The position numbers and the translations under genes were made by a program. A stretch of DNA of 64,000 nt from Narcine bancroftii (lineage: Eukaryota). The stretch spans positions 27,280,001 through 27,344,000 of the forward strand of contig NC_091476.1 of assembly GCF_036971445.1 (NCBI RefSeq), read 5' to 3'. How positions within the stretch are numbered: position 1 is the first letter of the stretch; the number at the start of each line of letters is the position of its first letter. The notes below the pieces were generated by a model. It ran no database searches and was not told where the DNA came from. It saw only the letters and a list, made by a program, of their open reading frames with translations. Shown here piece by piece: positions 47,701 to 61,700 of the stretch.

Positions 47701-49753
47701 CCAAAAGCCTCAACCTAACAAGAAGTGCATGTTCAGTACTTCATGGCTAGTCATCCTGGGTTGTGTGGTGGAGAATGATGTCATTGGGCCTGACCCTCAC
47801 CACATGCACCCCTTGTTGGAACTCCCATACCCTCAAGGCCCTGAAAAGGTGCTTGGGCTTCTTTTGTATTACACCCAGTGGGTCCCGAATTACACAGACA
47901 AAGCCCGCCCCCTGGTGAAATCTACCACCTTTCCCTGTCGGTGGAAATCCAACTAGCATTCACACACATCAACGATGACATCGCCAAGGTGGTGATGCAT
48001 GCTGTAATGAATCCATCCCCTTCCAGGTGGAGAGTGATGAGACCAAATTTGACCTGGCTGCCATGCTCAACCAGACGGGCAGGCCAGTAGCTTTCTTTTC
48101 GCGAACCCTCCAGGACCTCGAACTTCGACACTCAGCCATTGAAAAGGTGACTCAGGCCATGGTGGAAGCACTAGCTGGCCAGAAAACCGCTCATCCTGCT
48201 GACTGACCAACGTGCAGTCACTTTTATGTTCAATAACAAACAGTGGGGGGAAATTATGAATGACACGATCCTGAGGTGGAGAATTGAGCTATCCATCTAC
48301 AATTACAAGATCTTGTACCGGCCTGGGAAGCTCGACAAGCCTCCCGAAGCACTGTCCTGGGACATGTGACAATGCACAGTTGGACCACCTCCAAGTCCAT
48401 CCTGGGTTGACCAAGCTCTACCACTTTGTTTGAGCCCTTAACCTTCCCTACTTGGTTGAGGGTATCAGGGAACTGACATGGAGCTGCCGGTCTATGCCGA
48501 GTGTAAACCCCATCTCTATTGGCCAGACAAAACCCACCTCATCAAAGCCACCTGCCCCTTCAAGCGGCTGAGCATGGATTTCAATGGCCCCCTTGCATCC
48601 ACCAAAAGGAATGAACATCATTGAAGAATACTCCAGCTTCCCTTCGCCATCCCCTTCCCAGATGTGTCCACGGCCAAAGTCATAAAGGCACTGCATAGTT
48701 TATTCACTCTGTTTGGATACCCCTGCTATGTCCTCGTCTGAATGAGGAGTTGCGCCAAAACCTGCTGGCCAAGGGGATGAGAAGGACCATGGGTTATAAC
48801 CCCCAGAGGAATGGCCAGATAGAAAGGGAGAGCGCCACCATCTGGAAGGCAGTCCTTCTAGCCCTCAGGTTGAAAGGCCTACCCATCTCCCAGTGGAAAA
48901 ACATCCTCTCTGAAGTACCCCATGCCACCAGGTGCTCCTCTGCACCACTACTTATGTGACACCACATGAAAGCCTCTTTTCCTTCTGCAGGAACTTGGGT
49001 TTGGGAACCACATTGCTGTCCTGGAGTACTGCTCCGGAGGCATATCAGATACCACAAGACTAACCCATTGGTTGAGAAGGTCCACCTCCTCCACACAAAC
49101 CATCAATATACTTATATGGAATACCAGGATGGGTGGTAGGACATGGTTTCTATCCAAGACCTGGCGCATGCAGCAGACCACTCGACCAACCAATCAACAT
49201 CCCCTCATGACCCCACTTTTTGCACCTAACACAGCGCCCCAACCCCTGACCGAACAACCCCACAGTCCTACTAACCTCCTTCAGCCACTGGAGGCACAGC
49301 CTGTGGCGCAAGACACCGTCCAGGAACCAACGGCTGTGCCATACCAAACCTTTTTTTTTTGGCGTCCGCCATCTTCAGCTTCTTCTTTCCCTCCACCCCC
49401 CCACCGCCCGCTCCCATACCAAACCTTATGATGGTCACAGCGACAGACGAGACCACCGGACAGGCTGAACCTGTAATAAACATTGAATCACTTCACCCCA
49501 CCTGACTTGGTTTCAAAAGAAGGGGTGAATGTAATGTATTGTTTGTATTGTATGTACTGTATGGGCTGGCCCACCAAATGAACCTATGGCTCCTCCCTCC
49601 CGGAAATCCCTATGAAGGCTGTTACACCCAAACTCCTCCCTCAATACCTGCTTTGGAACTGGGCCAGCAACATTTGAGATGTGTTGATGTCTTAAGGTGA
49701 TTAAAACCTATTACTCACCATTCTGTCTAATGTGGTTGATCGATAGTGCTACA
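44783..49753 (+). mobile_element. Full-length but decayed Gypsy/Ty3 provirus
   Basis: 5' LTR 44783-45738 (containing a hAT insert), 3' LTR 49530-49753, 5-bp TSD ATTAC, PPT AAAAGAAGGGGTGAA. Gag zinc knuckle CYFC...H...C, protease LFDTGS, RT YLDNV and integrase YNPQRNGQIER are present with many stops and frameshifts. Confidence 0.93.
44952..45672 (-). mobile_element. Non-autonomous hAT transposon, copy 3, nested in the Gypsy 5' LTR
   Basis: Same TIRs and an 8-bp TSD TCTTAAGG, which occurs once in the 3' LTR. Transposase N-terminus MAKRK...CLVC...NIRRHYETKH is of the GTF2IRD2/SPIN-like zinc-finger type. Confidence 0.93.
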
Positions 49754-49759
49754 ATTACA

Positions 49760-50525
49760 TTTAAAAATAAATAAGTTAGTGCAAAAGAAGAGAAAGTGAA
49801 GTAGTATCCATAGATCATTGTCTATTCAGAAATCTGATGGCAGAGGGGAAGCAACTGTCCTTGTGCTGCTGGCCATTTGCTCCCAGGCTCCTGTACCTCC
49901 TTCTTGATAGTAGCAGTGTGAAGAGGACATGGCTTGGGTGGTGAGGGTCCTTGAAGATTGAGGCTTCCTTCTTAAGACCCCACCTCTTGTAGATGCCTTC
50001 GACTGATGGCGCAGGTTGAGTTCACAACTCTCTGTAGTTTTTCCTTGTGCTGTGCATTGGCCCTCCATACCAAACAGTGATGCAATCAGTCAGAATGCTC
50101 TCTAACGTCCTGTAAAAATTGCAAGAGTCTTTTATTTTATACCAAATCTCCTCAAACTCCTCACAAAGTATGGAGAGCATTCTTCATGATGGCATCAACA
50201 TGGAAGCACCAGGACAGATCCTCAGAGATGTTGGCACCCAGAAACTTGAATTTCTTAACTCTTTCCACTGCTGACCCTTCGATGAGGACTGGTTTGTGTT
50301 CTCCTGATTTCCCCTTCCTGAAGTTCAGTGTTTTGCTAACATTGAGCACAGGGTTGTAGTTGTGGCACCAATCAACCTCCTGTCCACTTGCTGATTGCCT
50401 TCTGTGATTTTGCCAATGACCATGATGTCATCGGCAAATTTGTAGATGGCATTTGAATTGTTCTGAGCCACACAGTCATGGTGTATAGTGAGTAGAGTAG
50501 TGGGCTAAGCACACATCCTTGAGGT
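49760..50525 (-). mobile_element. Rex1/Babar-type LINE fragment (its 3' end at about 44695-44780 is split off by the Gypsy insertion)
   Basis: FKFLGANISEDLSW and YKFADD motifs. An (AATCAG)n-type tail lies at about 44695. Confidence 0.75.
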
Positions 50526-53500
50526 TAATCAACAACAATATATATAATTTTCAAGAAATTTTATTGTGAAATCGAATTTTTCAACATTTCTGAACATGCT
50601 TCCTTGTCACTTATCTGGTCTTCACTACCGAAGTCCTTTCCTCAGCATCTTACATAACAATTCTGATTACTTTAGCAAAAGTAACCTGTTTGCAAAAAAT
50701 TGTAATGTAACATTGTGATAAGCAAATGTTATTTCCTGTTATGCAAGAAGTCTTTCTTGTTTTTATGTAAATGATGTGTTTACTCTATAAAGTGAAGAGT
50801 CATATGTCAAATATAGTGGGCCCAACCACACAGAGATTCATTCCATCAGAATTCAGGAGTAAGCACTGGGGAGGTATCAGAGATGTCTATCCAGGAAATA
50901 CTCCCGAGGTCTAATGGCCCCAACTGGGCTCCCATTAAAGATGCTTAGGCCCAAGTTAGAGGAATGAAGTTATGTGGGAGAATAATATTTACATGGAGCA
51001 ATGAAACAATGTAGTAACAGAATAAATGGTGCAGCATTGCAGTGAGAGAGTGAAAGTTGTTCCTAATGGTCCTTATGGAAGATTGTAAAAGCACAGTGAT
51101 AGACAGTAGTATGCCAGAGAGCTTGGTGAAGGATTGTAGTGAATAAGTGATACCATAAAGATTTGTCTATTCAGTATAGATTAGAGAAGCTCCATGAATT
51201 CTCTTTCTATATTTGAATTGCTTGTTTTCCAATATTATTAATGTAAAATTCTAACATCATGCTGCCAGTATTTGCATTCTAAGATTTTTATCATAAATGA
51301 AATTAAAACAGAAAATTGCGAGATATTCTCACCAGGCAAAGACCTTTGGAGAGATAAACAGACCCAATATTTCAGGACGATGAAATTATATTCAGGTTTT
51401 TGATTGCTTTGCTTTATTTTTTTGGTCCTAGTCAAAAGCTGATCAGCTGATAATTACAAATATTTTATAAATTGAAATGAGGGGGAGATTGAGAAGGAAT
51501 TTGAGAGGTAGCATTTTTACACAGAAGGTGGTCAGCGTGCGAACAGGCTGTCAGAGGAGGTGGTTGAGGCAGATATTATTGTAACATTTAAGAGAGATTT
51601 GGGCAGATACCGAGGGATATGGACCAATGCAGGCAGGTGAAATTAGTATGTGTGGGACATTTTGGTCAGTGGGGCAAGGCTTTCATGCTCTATGACTGAA
51701 TGGTCTCAACCTTTGTTAATTAATGATGTGCAAGGGAAGGGTTCTGTGCATACGATGCACTGTTGTCAGAAGATTCTTCAGTATTGTTTTGGTATTTGGG
51801 CCACTGAAGCTCTCTGAAAAAGAAGCACGATTCATGGTAATGGATGCTGATTATAAATTCCAGTTCTGAAATTGGAAAATTTGAGAATGATATTAAACAT
51901 GCAATACAATATCACTGCCATGTTCCAAAATCAATTGCAAGTTCTTCAAATGGCTTTTTTTAAAAATAATTCTTGTGATAGGCAGTTTGGTGATGTCTCC
52001 AGAAACCCAGTAACCAGATGTAGCTGTAGCAATGAGAAACAGATCCTACACTAGCTACTGAGCAACTGATTGACACCGCGTATCCAGTATTTAATGATCA
52101 TACTGCTGAAGTTTCCGCAGCTAAAAAAAAAACCAGAAAATAACAAGGATAAATGAAAATGGATCGCAACAAACCAAAACCCAGTGGGCAACTAAGAATG
52201 CAGTGATTAAGGTCAAACAGAAGTTCAAAGATCATGTCAAAATAAAACTTCAAGGAATGCAGTTATAATGTTCAACAGCTGTAAAATTTGCATCCCTACC
52301 ATTTTAAGAGAATAACACAAGGTCTTGATCTTCTTGATAGTTTTCCCTTTTAAAATTTATGGTAGTATGCATATTTTTATGACTTTAACAAATAGATTTA
52401 ACCCTAGGAATGGAATGGATGCTGGAATGGAATTACTGCAAAGCAGAAGATTTGGAGTTACCAAGAACAAAATGAAATTTGATACCAGGATTATCAAAAT
52501 CTGATGCACAGTTTACAAATAAAATGATCAAATTAATTATAATAGTGATTTTAATCCTATTTGCCCATGAAGTTAAATTTCTGTTCACACACGCAAGAGT
52601 GCAGGCAAGGGCATCTGGAAAAAATGCAGATGTGAATTGATGGGCACTGATTTCATCCTCCTTTCATGCATCAACATTTTGGTCATCCCTGCTGTATATT
52701 GCTTCTCTACCCTTTATATTAGATCTTTCTGTAACAATCTCTGCCAGGAAGGATATTTTGATTATTATGTTGTGTGCTATAAGGCATCTAGGTTAGTAAC
52801 AGAAAAGAGTGCAGAATTTGGTCAGACCAGGGCCATATGTCTTTTACAATTTTGAACTGGTTTGATCCATTTTGCAAACTGACCTTCTGTATAGATTTGG
52901 TGAAATTTGCTCAAGGGAATCAAAGAGCAATGGCTTCCTCAGCCCACTGTGATGCCTGCTGTTGCCAGTTGATCAGTTAACATTAGCAATTAATTTAAAC
53001 AATTTCACTTCATATTTGTACAAATCACTGAAATATAAAGTATCTCTGATTTATTTAGTTCTAATCCTATTCTTCAGAGCATTCAATTCAACAGAAGATA
53101 AATGAAATGACATTACTTATCCAAAGAGGGAGAGAGACAATTTTCTCCATGTTTGGAAAGTTGAATGAAAATTACATCATCCAACACAACTTCCATCAAA
53201 TGTCAACAAATATTAACTATAAACATCATTATGGAGTCCTTTCTGGAATTATCCACAAAACCATTAATCTTCCATTCATCTGCAGGTACCATTTTAACAG
53301 TTTATTATCCTTTACCAATTTACACCAAGCTAATCGATTAATTGCTTTTGTATTCCATAACATTTTCTGGTGCTGAAATTCCTCACCAATCCATTTGTAT
53401 ACTATCACCTCCTTCAAGGTTTCTCTTGGTCAGAAACCTGCCCAGTTCACCGAAAGGACAATGAATTATACTCTAGTTATGTTCATCTGAATACCCAGAG

Positions 53501-53681
53501 ATAAGCTAGCCTGCTTTGTTTACATTGGCAGGTGCTATTTGTGGTTTATGTGGCTGTCTGAAGCAGCTGTATAATATAGCTCTTCTATGAAAATACTTCT
53601 GTCTGTTTCCTGTGCTTATTACACAAATAGAAACAGATGCCGATGTTTACTCTGCTTAAGTGAATATCTTACCAACCTTCT

Positions 53682-54253
53682 TTACTGTTCTAGGTGTAGG
53701 TTCAATTCAGCAGAGCGAATTCGCTCATTATTCCATTCAGATAAACTGTCAAAACACAGGAAAGTTACTTAGATGGATTGGACAGTGCATTAAAGCATGT
53801 TGGATGAAAGGTGTTACATAGAAGAACCAGGAGCATTGAAAGGTATGTTTCTCACATCACATGTGATAATGTATGGAACAGTAGGAAACACAGAAACAAA
53901 ACAATGTTACACAGTTAATCCAACATCTGAACAGCTTAACTAAAGATGCATTATATTGTTACAGAAGAAAATCTCTATGCTACTAGACATGACCATTAAA
54001 CAAGACTGAACAGTTTACTTTGAATAAATTAATTTTAACTTTGCCATCGTGTATAGAAAAATAGACATATGTCGTTTTACCTTAAGTAGATTCTTACTTT
54101 TGTGGAATTATGTAAAAACACATAACCATAAGTTGTAACATACCTGTTGAATATCTTGCTTTGTTCAGCTGGTGATAAAAGTGAAAATTTCAACTCCATT
54201 GATGAGCTACTTCCTTTACCAGAGATGCAGAGAAAGAGACAGTATTCACTCAT
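53682..54253 (-). CDS. Hypothetical spliced small ORF (57 aa; exons 54253-54144 and 53745-53682)
   Basis: Strong donor CAG|GTATGT and acceptor ctttcctgtgttttgacag join in frame. No homologue recognised. Confidence 0.25.
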
Positions 54254-56849
54254 CGCAGATAAATTCCAAACCCAGCTCTAGGGCTGGAGAGTATTCATTG
54301 GGTTCTGGCAATCTGTTTCAAAAGAGATCAAGAGACTGCAGAGATATCATCATGTGCCTCACCGTGTAACCATCTCTCTGAGCAGCCAGACTACTGACTT
54401 TCTGCGCATCTTTCTGAGCAGCCCAGCTCCAAGCTATTAATATGTCAGATATAGAGCTTGGTGAAATCCCCTGGTCCAGCCCCGGGCTTGCTCAGAGCCT
54501 GCTCAGTCGGAGTTGGGGCTGCCCCAGTCACTTAGGGGCATCACCTACCCACTACCCAATGCTGTTCATATCTTGATTGCATATGTTTGGCATGAAACTG
54601 GAGGCTGTTGAATTGAAAGTCATCTCATTTTGAATATTTCCCTGTCTGTATTAGCCTGTTAGAAAGTGGCAAGTCTACCACACTATTCCTGGGGAATTTC
54701 TTTAAAATTAACTGGATTTTTTTAACGATGATTGATTAAAATTAATGAAATTTCCCACATGTTGATGAAAAGAAAACCAATAGTTTAGATTTGAAAGGAA
54801 GTTGCAAGATCAATTTACATGAAAATAATTTAAAAAAAAGACTCAATCAGGAAAAATAATTCTTGGTAAATATTAAAACCACTCTCTTACTTTATCTCTA
54901 CCTGTGAATGTAAATTAATTTACTTTATCAAGACAAAAGTGCTTTACTTTTGTTCATTTAATGTACTTACTTAAAATATTGGTGTGCATTTATTTAGCAC
55001 CTTAAAAACCTTTCAATCAATTGATTGTACTTTTCAGAAATGTCCCAGTCATTCTACAATGAAGTGTCAAAAAGAGCTTTAAAATAAATGGCCTCGTAAA
55101 GTATTATAAAAAGAAAATGAGGAAAGTACACACAAATTCCAGCAACGTCTATGGAAAGAGACGGAGTTAAGTCTTCAGGGATGTTTTATCAGAATTATTT
55201 TACTTAAATTCCTATCACTTGCAAAACTTTGCATTTGACCAACTGATGTTTTCGATTCAAATGCCTAAGTGAAGCACTCAAATAGACAGTTAAGATTCCA
55301 GTTTAACATTTATTAATAACTAATATTCTATAGACCACTAGGAAATTGGCCTGTTTATATGCTCAAACTACGGAGAGGGGGGTGGAACTCACAAACCTCC
55401 ATTAACTGTACCTCATTATTAAAGTCACGAGGAATTAACAAGGTCAATTTTAATTAACCGTATGATTGTACATCTTGGGCCTGTGCAAAGCATATGAGTG
55501 TTGTCCACCATTTTGGACCTACGTAACCAACTTGAAATGTGGCAAATTTCACCTCTGGCCAAATAAAAAATTAGTAATAGATATTGTAGTAGGTCACATG
55601 ATTTCAATAGTACATTTTGTTATATCAGGCTCACGATTTTGATTCTTGATTTACATGCAAGGAATGCTTTAATTCAATTGTCCTTTCCCCTCCAAATATG
55701 GATAATGTTTTCCTCTATAAAGTCCTTTCTGCTGGTACCAAAATCTTAGTGTTTGGAATGCTCATATCACTGTCAATGGATTGTCTGTAGAGTAATCCAC
55801 AAATAATAACAATTCTCCTGTTCATCAAAGAAAATTAATCCACCAATTCTCATTTACTCTTTTCATAAATATACATCCACTTCCAGAAACTTTAAAGATT
55901 AAGATATATTCTGAGTCTCAATATTAGTCCAATAATGCAAAATCCAATTTTGCATACAGCATTTTAAATGACATGTTAATAAAGATATCGTGAGATTAAT
56001 TTTGTTTCAATTGAAATTTGGAAATCTAAGTTAGCTTGCATAGCTAATACTTCTAATGGTAAACTTGGAATTCTCTTGATCAAGCTGATATGCTGCCTTT
56101 AATATTTTTTTAATTGTTCTTGCTTGCCACAGCACAGAGCAACAGCTGTAGGTATATTTACCATAGTACATGGTGTGAAATACCTTGAGCCAATATTCAG
56201 CTCATCTCCAAGTTATCATTTCCTTTGTCTGCACAGAATAGGACATGACCTGTTACAGCAGCTGTATCATGCTATGTGTAGTACTTCCAATTGTCCCACA
56301 GAAAAAATATCAAAAAACACCTAGTAGATTACTCCATATGATGTACCTGGTAATATTATGCACATAAAATTAAGTGCACAGTTATATGCAGAACACTCAG
56401 GCGGTGGACAGTTGATGACTCAAGGTGAGGAACCCATGCAGGCTGTGGGTTGCTGGTGACTGCCGTTGAGGGATCCACACTGGGCTGCGGATTGCTGGAG
56501 ACTGTCTCAAGACTGGCTGAAGGGGGGTACCAGGTATTGGAACCGGAATTAGAGAGGGTGCCAAGGGTACAGAAGGCTTCCTGATCATGTTGGAGATTCA
56601 GATCTGGAGCTTGGGTCACTAATGGTTTGGACTGGACTCTGTGAGGCTGTGGGAGTGCTAGAGGTGAATCCATAGACACTAGGTGACTCTGAGGGAACTC
56701 TTTTTTGCTCCTTTTTCTCTGACTGTAAGAGGCACTTCAGGCAATTTCTGCTGATGGGAATCTGTCTGTATTACAGAAGACAAAAAAAATTGTGTAATAT
56801 TGCACTGTCTTTATTACAAGACAATAAATTGAATCTTGAATCTTATTTT

Positions 56850-59590
56850 CCTGAGATTTTATTGGTATATTTAAATGATCTATAAACTCCAATTACACAA
56901 GAAGAATTGCTTGGAGCAGTATTTTCATTACAATCAAGTAAAGCTCTGGGGCCAGATGGTTATCCAGTTGAGTTTTACAAAACATTTTCTAAACCATTAG
57001 ATCCACATTTAAACTTGGTATTAAATGACTCTTTCTGAGAAGGAAAATTACCTCCTTCTTGTAATGAAGCCGCTTTTTCAGTGACCTTAATAATGGGCAA
57101 AGACTCAGAGGATGGTGGATCTTACAGACCAATCTCCTTGTGTGGATGTTAAGAATTTATGTAAAGTTTTAGCATATCGATTGGAGAATGTCTTACCAGG
57201 TGTAATAAACTCAGATCAAGCAGGTTTCATTAAAAATAGACATTCTTATAATAATATCTATAGATTACTGAATATCATGTATACACCTAATCATAACAAT
57301 GAATGTATTTTATCCTTAGATGCTGAAAAGCGTTCAGCAGTGTAGAATGGGAATACTTATTTTTGGCCCAGCTTTTATACCTTGAATAAAATTTTTATAT
57401 ACATCTCCAATGGTCGCAATTCATACCAATTCCCAGAAATCCAAGATTTTAAAATCTCATCAAGGCACAAGACAAGTCTGTCCTCTGAGCCCATTGCTTT
57501 TTCATTTAGTTCTGGAAGCTCTTGCAATTGCTCCGTGCCAAAATCCTGATTTTACTGGTTTCTTTAGAGGAACCACTGAATATAGGTTAACTCTTCATGT
57601 GGATGACCTTTTATTGTTCATTTCCAATCCTGAGTTATCCACACCAAATATACTGTCATTACTTTCTCGTTTTAGCAGATTTTCTGGTTATAAGATAAAT
57701 TTTCATAAGATCAAATTAATGCCACTGAAGGGTGCACTGGAACTTTATTCCAAATATCCCTTTTGTGGTGGTGTCCACACCCTTCAAAATAGTGAATGAA
57801 CAATTTAAATACTTAGGGATTATTATAACTAAGAATTTAAAAAATCTTTTTAAAGAAAACTTTCCATTTTTAATCAATCAAACCAAATCAATTCTTACCG
57901 GATGGTCACCACTCTCATTGACTATGATTGATCATGTTAATTCAGTTAAAATGAATATTCTACCAAAATTTTATACCTCTTTCAATCTCTGCCAATATTT
58001 ATTCCTAAATCCTCTTTTGACAATTTCAAATCAATTATTATGTCATATATATGGCAAAACAAGAAACCTAGATTGAAAAAAGGTATTTTCAGGACACAAG
58101 AAATAATGGGGCATTAGTCCTATCTAATTTCCATTTTTACTACTGGGCTATAAACATAAGAAATATGTTACTTTTGTTGCATTGTGAAAAGACAGATGAA
58201 TATCCTAATTGGATCGAGATGGAGTTGAAATCCCTCAGAAGTACCTCCCTATGGCGGTATTGGGTTCATCTTTACTTATCTCTATTCAAAAATTGACAAA
58301 GAACTTAATAATGACACAAAGATTGAAGATCTGGAATCAATTCAGAAAACAGTTCAGACTTACGGAATTTACAGTTACAAGTCCTATAATATCTAATTAT
58401 TTATTTCAACCAACTAGTTTAGATGCCGGTTTTCAAGAATGACATTTTTTAGGTATTAATAGTTTTAAAGATCTTTTCATACAACAACATTTTATATCTC
58501 TTCAAGAATTTTGGATGATACTTAACCTATCAAATAGAAATTATTTCAGATACTATCAAATTTGACATTTTATTCGCTCTAAGCTTTTAACACTTCCTAC
58601 ACTCCCTGACCCAAATTTTATCAATTAACTCTTCGAGTTACAATTTACTCATAAAAGCATGATATCTGCTTTATAATATAAACTACTAAATATGAAAGCA
58701 ATTTCTTTAAGTAGAATTAAAACTGAATAGGAGAATGATCCGAATATCTCTTTTCAGAAGAAGAATGGACCTCAATTTTGGGCCTGATTTACGATTCATC
58801 ATTGTGCGCGATGCATAGTCTTACTCAATTCAAAGTGCTACATCGTGTACTCTTCTCCAAAGTCAAACTTGCTCGAATATATTCTGATATTAGTTCACTT
58901 TGTGACAAATGTAAAATATTCAATGCCTCTTTGTTATATATGTTTTGGACTCTAATTTGCAAAAATATTCAACTGACATTTTTAAGAACTTTTTCAATCC
59001 AAATTAGGATCACGTTAGATCCATGTTCGGTAATTGCGCTATTTGGTTTTTCTAAAGATATAAATATTATTTTATCTTATAATCAAAGACACGTTAGAGT
59101 ATTCTCCACTTTATTAGCAAGAAGAGCAATTCTGTTAGAAAGGAAAGATGACTTCCCACTTACACATAAATCAAAGGCTATTAGATATTATGTCCTTTTT
59201 AGATCTGGAGAAAATTAGGGGTAATGTCACGAAAATCAAGATTTGTTTTGATAAAACTTGGGGCACATTTATAGCTCACTTCCATAATTTGACTAATTAG
59301 GTGTGATGTTGAATGTCACTGGACGTGCTTGTTTGGATCCCCTGAGGCCGCTTGTTCAGATTTAACACGACATACAATATGAATTTTTTAACCTTTTGAA
59401 TTTTTTTTTCTTTACATTTTTTTCCTACTTATCCCATATTGTATGCACTACCATGTATTGGATTTAGACTTAAATTGTATTGCTTCTGTACCATATGTTA
59501 TTATTTGTAAATCTGCAAAGGTTTCATTGCATTTGATTTACTGCTTTTTTGTTTATTTTTCTGATAAAAATAATTTTAAAAGAAAGAATC
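56850..59590 (+). mobile_element. Decayed L1-clade ORF2 and 3' UTR
   Basis: GPDGYPVEFYK, DQAGFIKNR, GTRQVCPLSPLLF, HVDDLLL, SGYKIN, FKYLGI and CDKC...YMFW motifs in order, with frameshifts. Confidence 0.88.
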
Positions 59591-59860
59591 CTGAATCTAA
59601 CAAAACCCACATACAATTCACACATATGTAATTGATACAATACTAATTTTTAAAACTGTTAACTGCTGTAATCAATTTATCCAACAAAAGTACATAATGA
59701 AAGTCACAAATTTTCAGTTTATGATTATTTGAAAACTGAAGGGATTTTAATTGAACAGGCAAAAATGTATGAATTAACTTATTCAAAATAGGTAAATATC
59801 TTAGTGATGAGAGTAAACTTTAAAAAGGCAACATTTCCAATATGATCAAATACTCTGATG

Positions 59861-60730
59861 TGAGCGCTCCAATGGATGTTGAGGATGGAGCGGAGACAAC
59901 GCTGGTGGAAGCGTTCTAGGAGCCGTAGGTGGTGCCAGTAGAGGACCCATGATTCGGAGCCGAACAGGAGTGTGGGTATGACAACGGCTCTGTATACGCT
60001 TATCTTTGTGAGGTTTTTCAGTTGGTTGTTTTTCCAGACTCTTTTGTGTAGTCTTCCAAAGGCGCTATTTGCCTTGGCGAGTCTGTTGTCTATCTCATTG
60101 TCGATCCTTGCATCTGATGAAATGGTGCAGCCGAGATAGGTAAACTGGTTGACCGTTTTGAGTTTTGTGTGCCCGATGGAGATGTGGGGGGGCTGGTAGT
60201 CATGGTGGGGAGCTGGCTGATGGAGGACCTCAGTTTTCTTCAGGCTGACTTCCAGGCGACAGCATCGAGTCCACGCTGCTGAAGATCCAGCTGCGCTGGA
60301 TGGGTCACGTCTCCAGAATGGAGGACCATCGCCTTCCCAAGATCGTATTATATGGCGAGCTCTCCACTGGCCACCGTGACAGAGGTGCACCAAAGAAAAG
60401 GTACAAGGACTGCCTAAAGAAATCTCTTGGTGCCTGCCACATTGACCACCGCCAGTGGGCTGATAACGCCTCAAACCGTGCATCTTGGCGCCTCACAGTT
60501 TGGCGGGCAGCAGCCTCCTTTGAAGAAGACCGCAGAGCCCACCTCACTGACAAAAGGCAAAGGAGGAAAAACCCAACACCCAACCCCAACCAACCAATTT
60601 TCCCTTGCAACTGCTGCAATCGTGTCTGCCTGTCCCGCATCGGACTGGTCAGCCACAAACGAGCCTGCAGCTGACGTGGACTTTTTTACCCCCTCCATAA
60701 ATCTTCGTCCGCGAAGCCAAGCCAAAGAAG
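59861..60730. mobile_element. RTE LINE insertion with a 5' inversion
   Basis: 59861-60257 is antisense and 60258-60730 is sense. A 13-bp TSD AAATACTC(T/C)GATG lies at 59848-59860 and 60731-60743. Confidence 0.92.
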
Positions 60731-60799
60731 AAATACTCCGATGAGTTAGTAAATTTAAACTGAATAGCTTTTGCTAGTTATACTCGATTAAACCTACTG

Positions 60800-61700
60800 T
60801 TGCAGTAAATCCTTATCCAAATACAATGACACCTCTCCCACTTTTAGATTTTCTTGAGAGGGTGATAAAAAGAAGATCAGAGTGCATAGTATATTAAGAT
60901 CTTCAAAAGGAATAAAATATGGTGCCACATAAAAGATTGGCACATGAGATAGGGGCACTTGGAGTAATATATTAGTGTGGAGAAACAACAGAGGGTGGGG
61001 ATAAACTAGTCCTTCTCAAGTGGAAATATTCTGACTAGCAGTGTGTCACAGGATCAAAGCTAGAAAAAATTGTAATTTATCCAAGTTTTTCAATAAACCA
61101 AAGCTAAGTAGTAAAATAAACTGCAATGAATTCAAAGAGAGATTGTGCAGGCATATTAACAGGATAAATGACTGGAGACATGATATAGTGTACTGTGGTA
61201 GGGAGAATAAGAAAGCAGAAAGTTTTAACATGGAGAACTACCATTAAAGGTCAGCTTGGAGAGGGAACTTTTGTACAAAATAGAATGTTTTTCTGCAATT
61301 TTACAGGACTGGTGCATCACAGCTCAAATACTATTGCAGTTTTCATGTCTAACAGGATACTGACATTAGAACTAAATTATCAAAGGTTAACTAGATTGAT
61401 TCCCAGATTGGATGTCATGGAAAAAAAATGAATAGGACGAACCTAGATTATTCAACATTTTAAAGAATGAGAGGGGATTATATTAAACAATGTATGCTTC
61501 TGAATGAGGTTGTCAGGGTAGACTTTGAATTGTTATTTCTCATGGTTGAAGAGTCTTGAACCAAAGAATATGGTCTGAGGATAAAGGAGATAAGATATAG
61601 AGGACTGAGTTCAAGAAGAATTTCTCTAATCAAGATGCTAGGACTATTTGGAAGTATCTATACCTTGTCTTATGGGTGCTCTAGATCATTTCAAAATGTT
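60800..61700 (+). mobile_element. Very old CR1-like LINE remnant
   Basis: Faint similarity to the CR1 RT and C-terminal region. Boundaries are uncertain. Confidence 0.45.

Noticed and set aside
53694-53842. Plus-strand exon-like segment (ttctag acceptor, AAG|gtatgt donor) as an F8 exon
   Set aside because: All three frames contain stops and none resembles F8.
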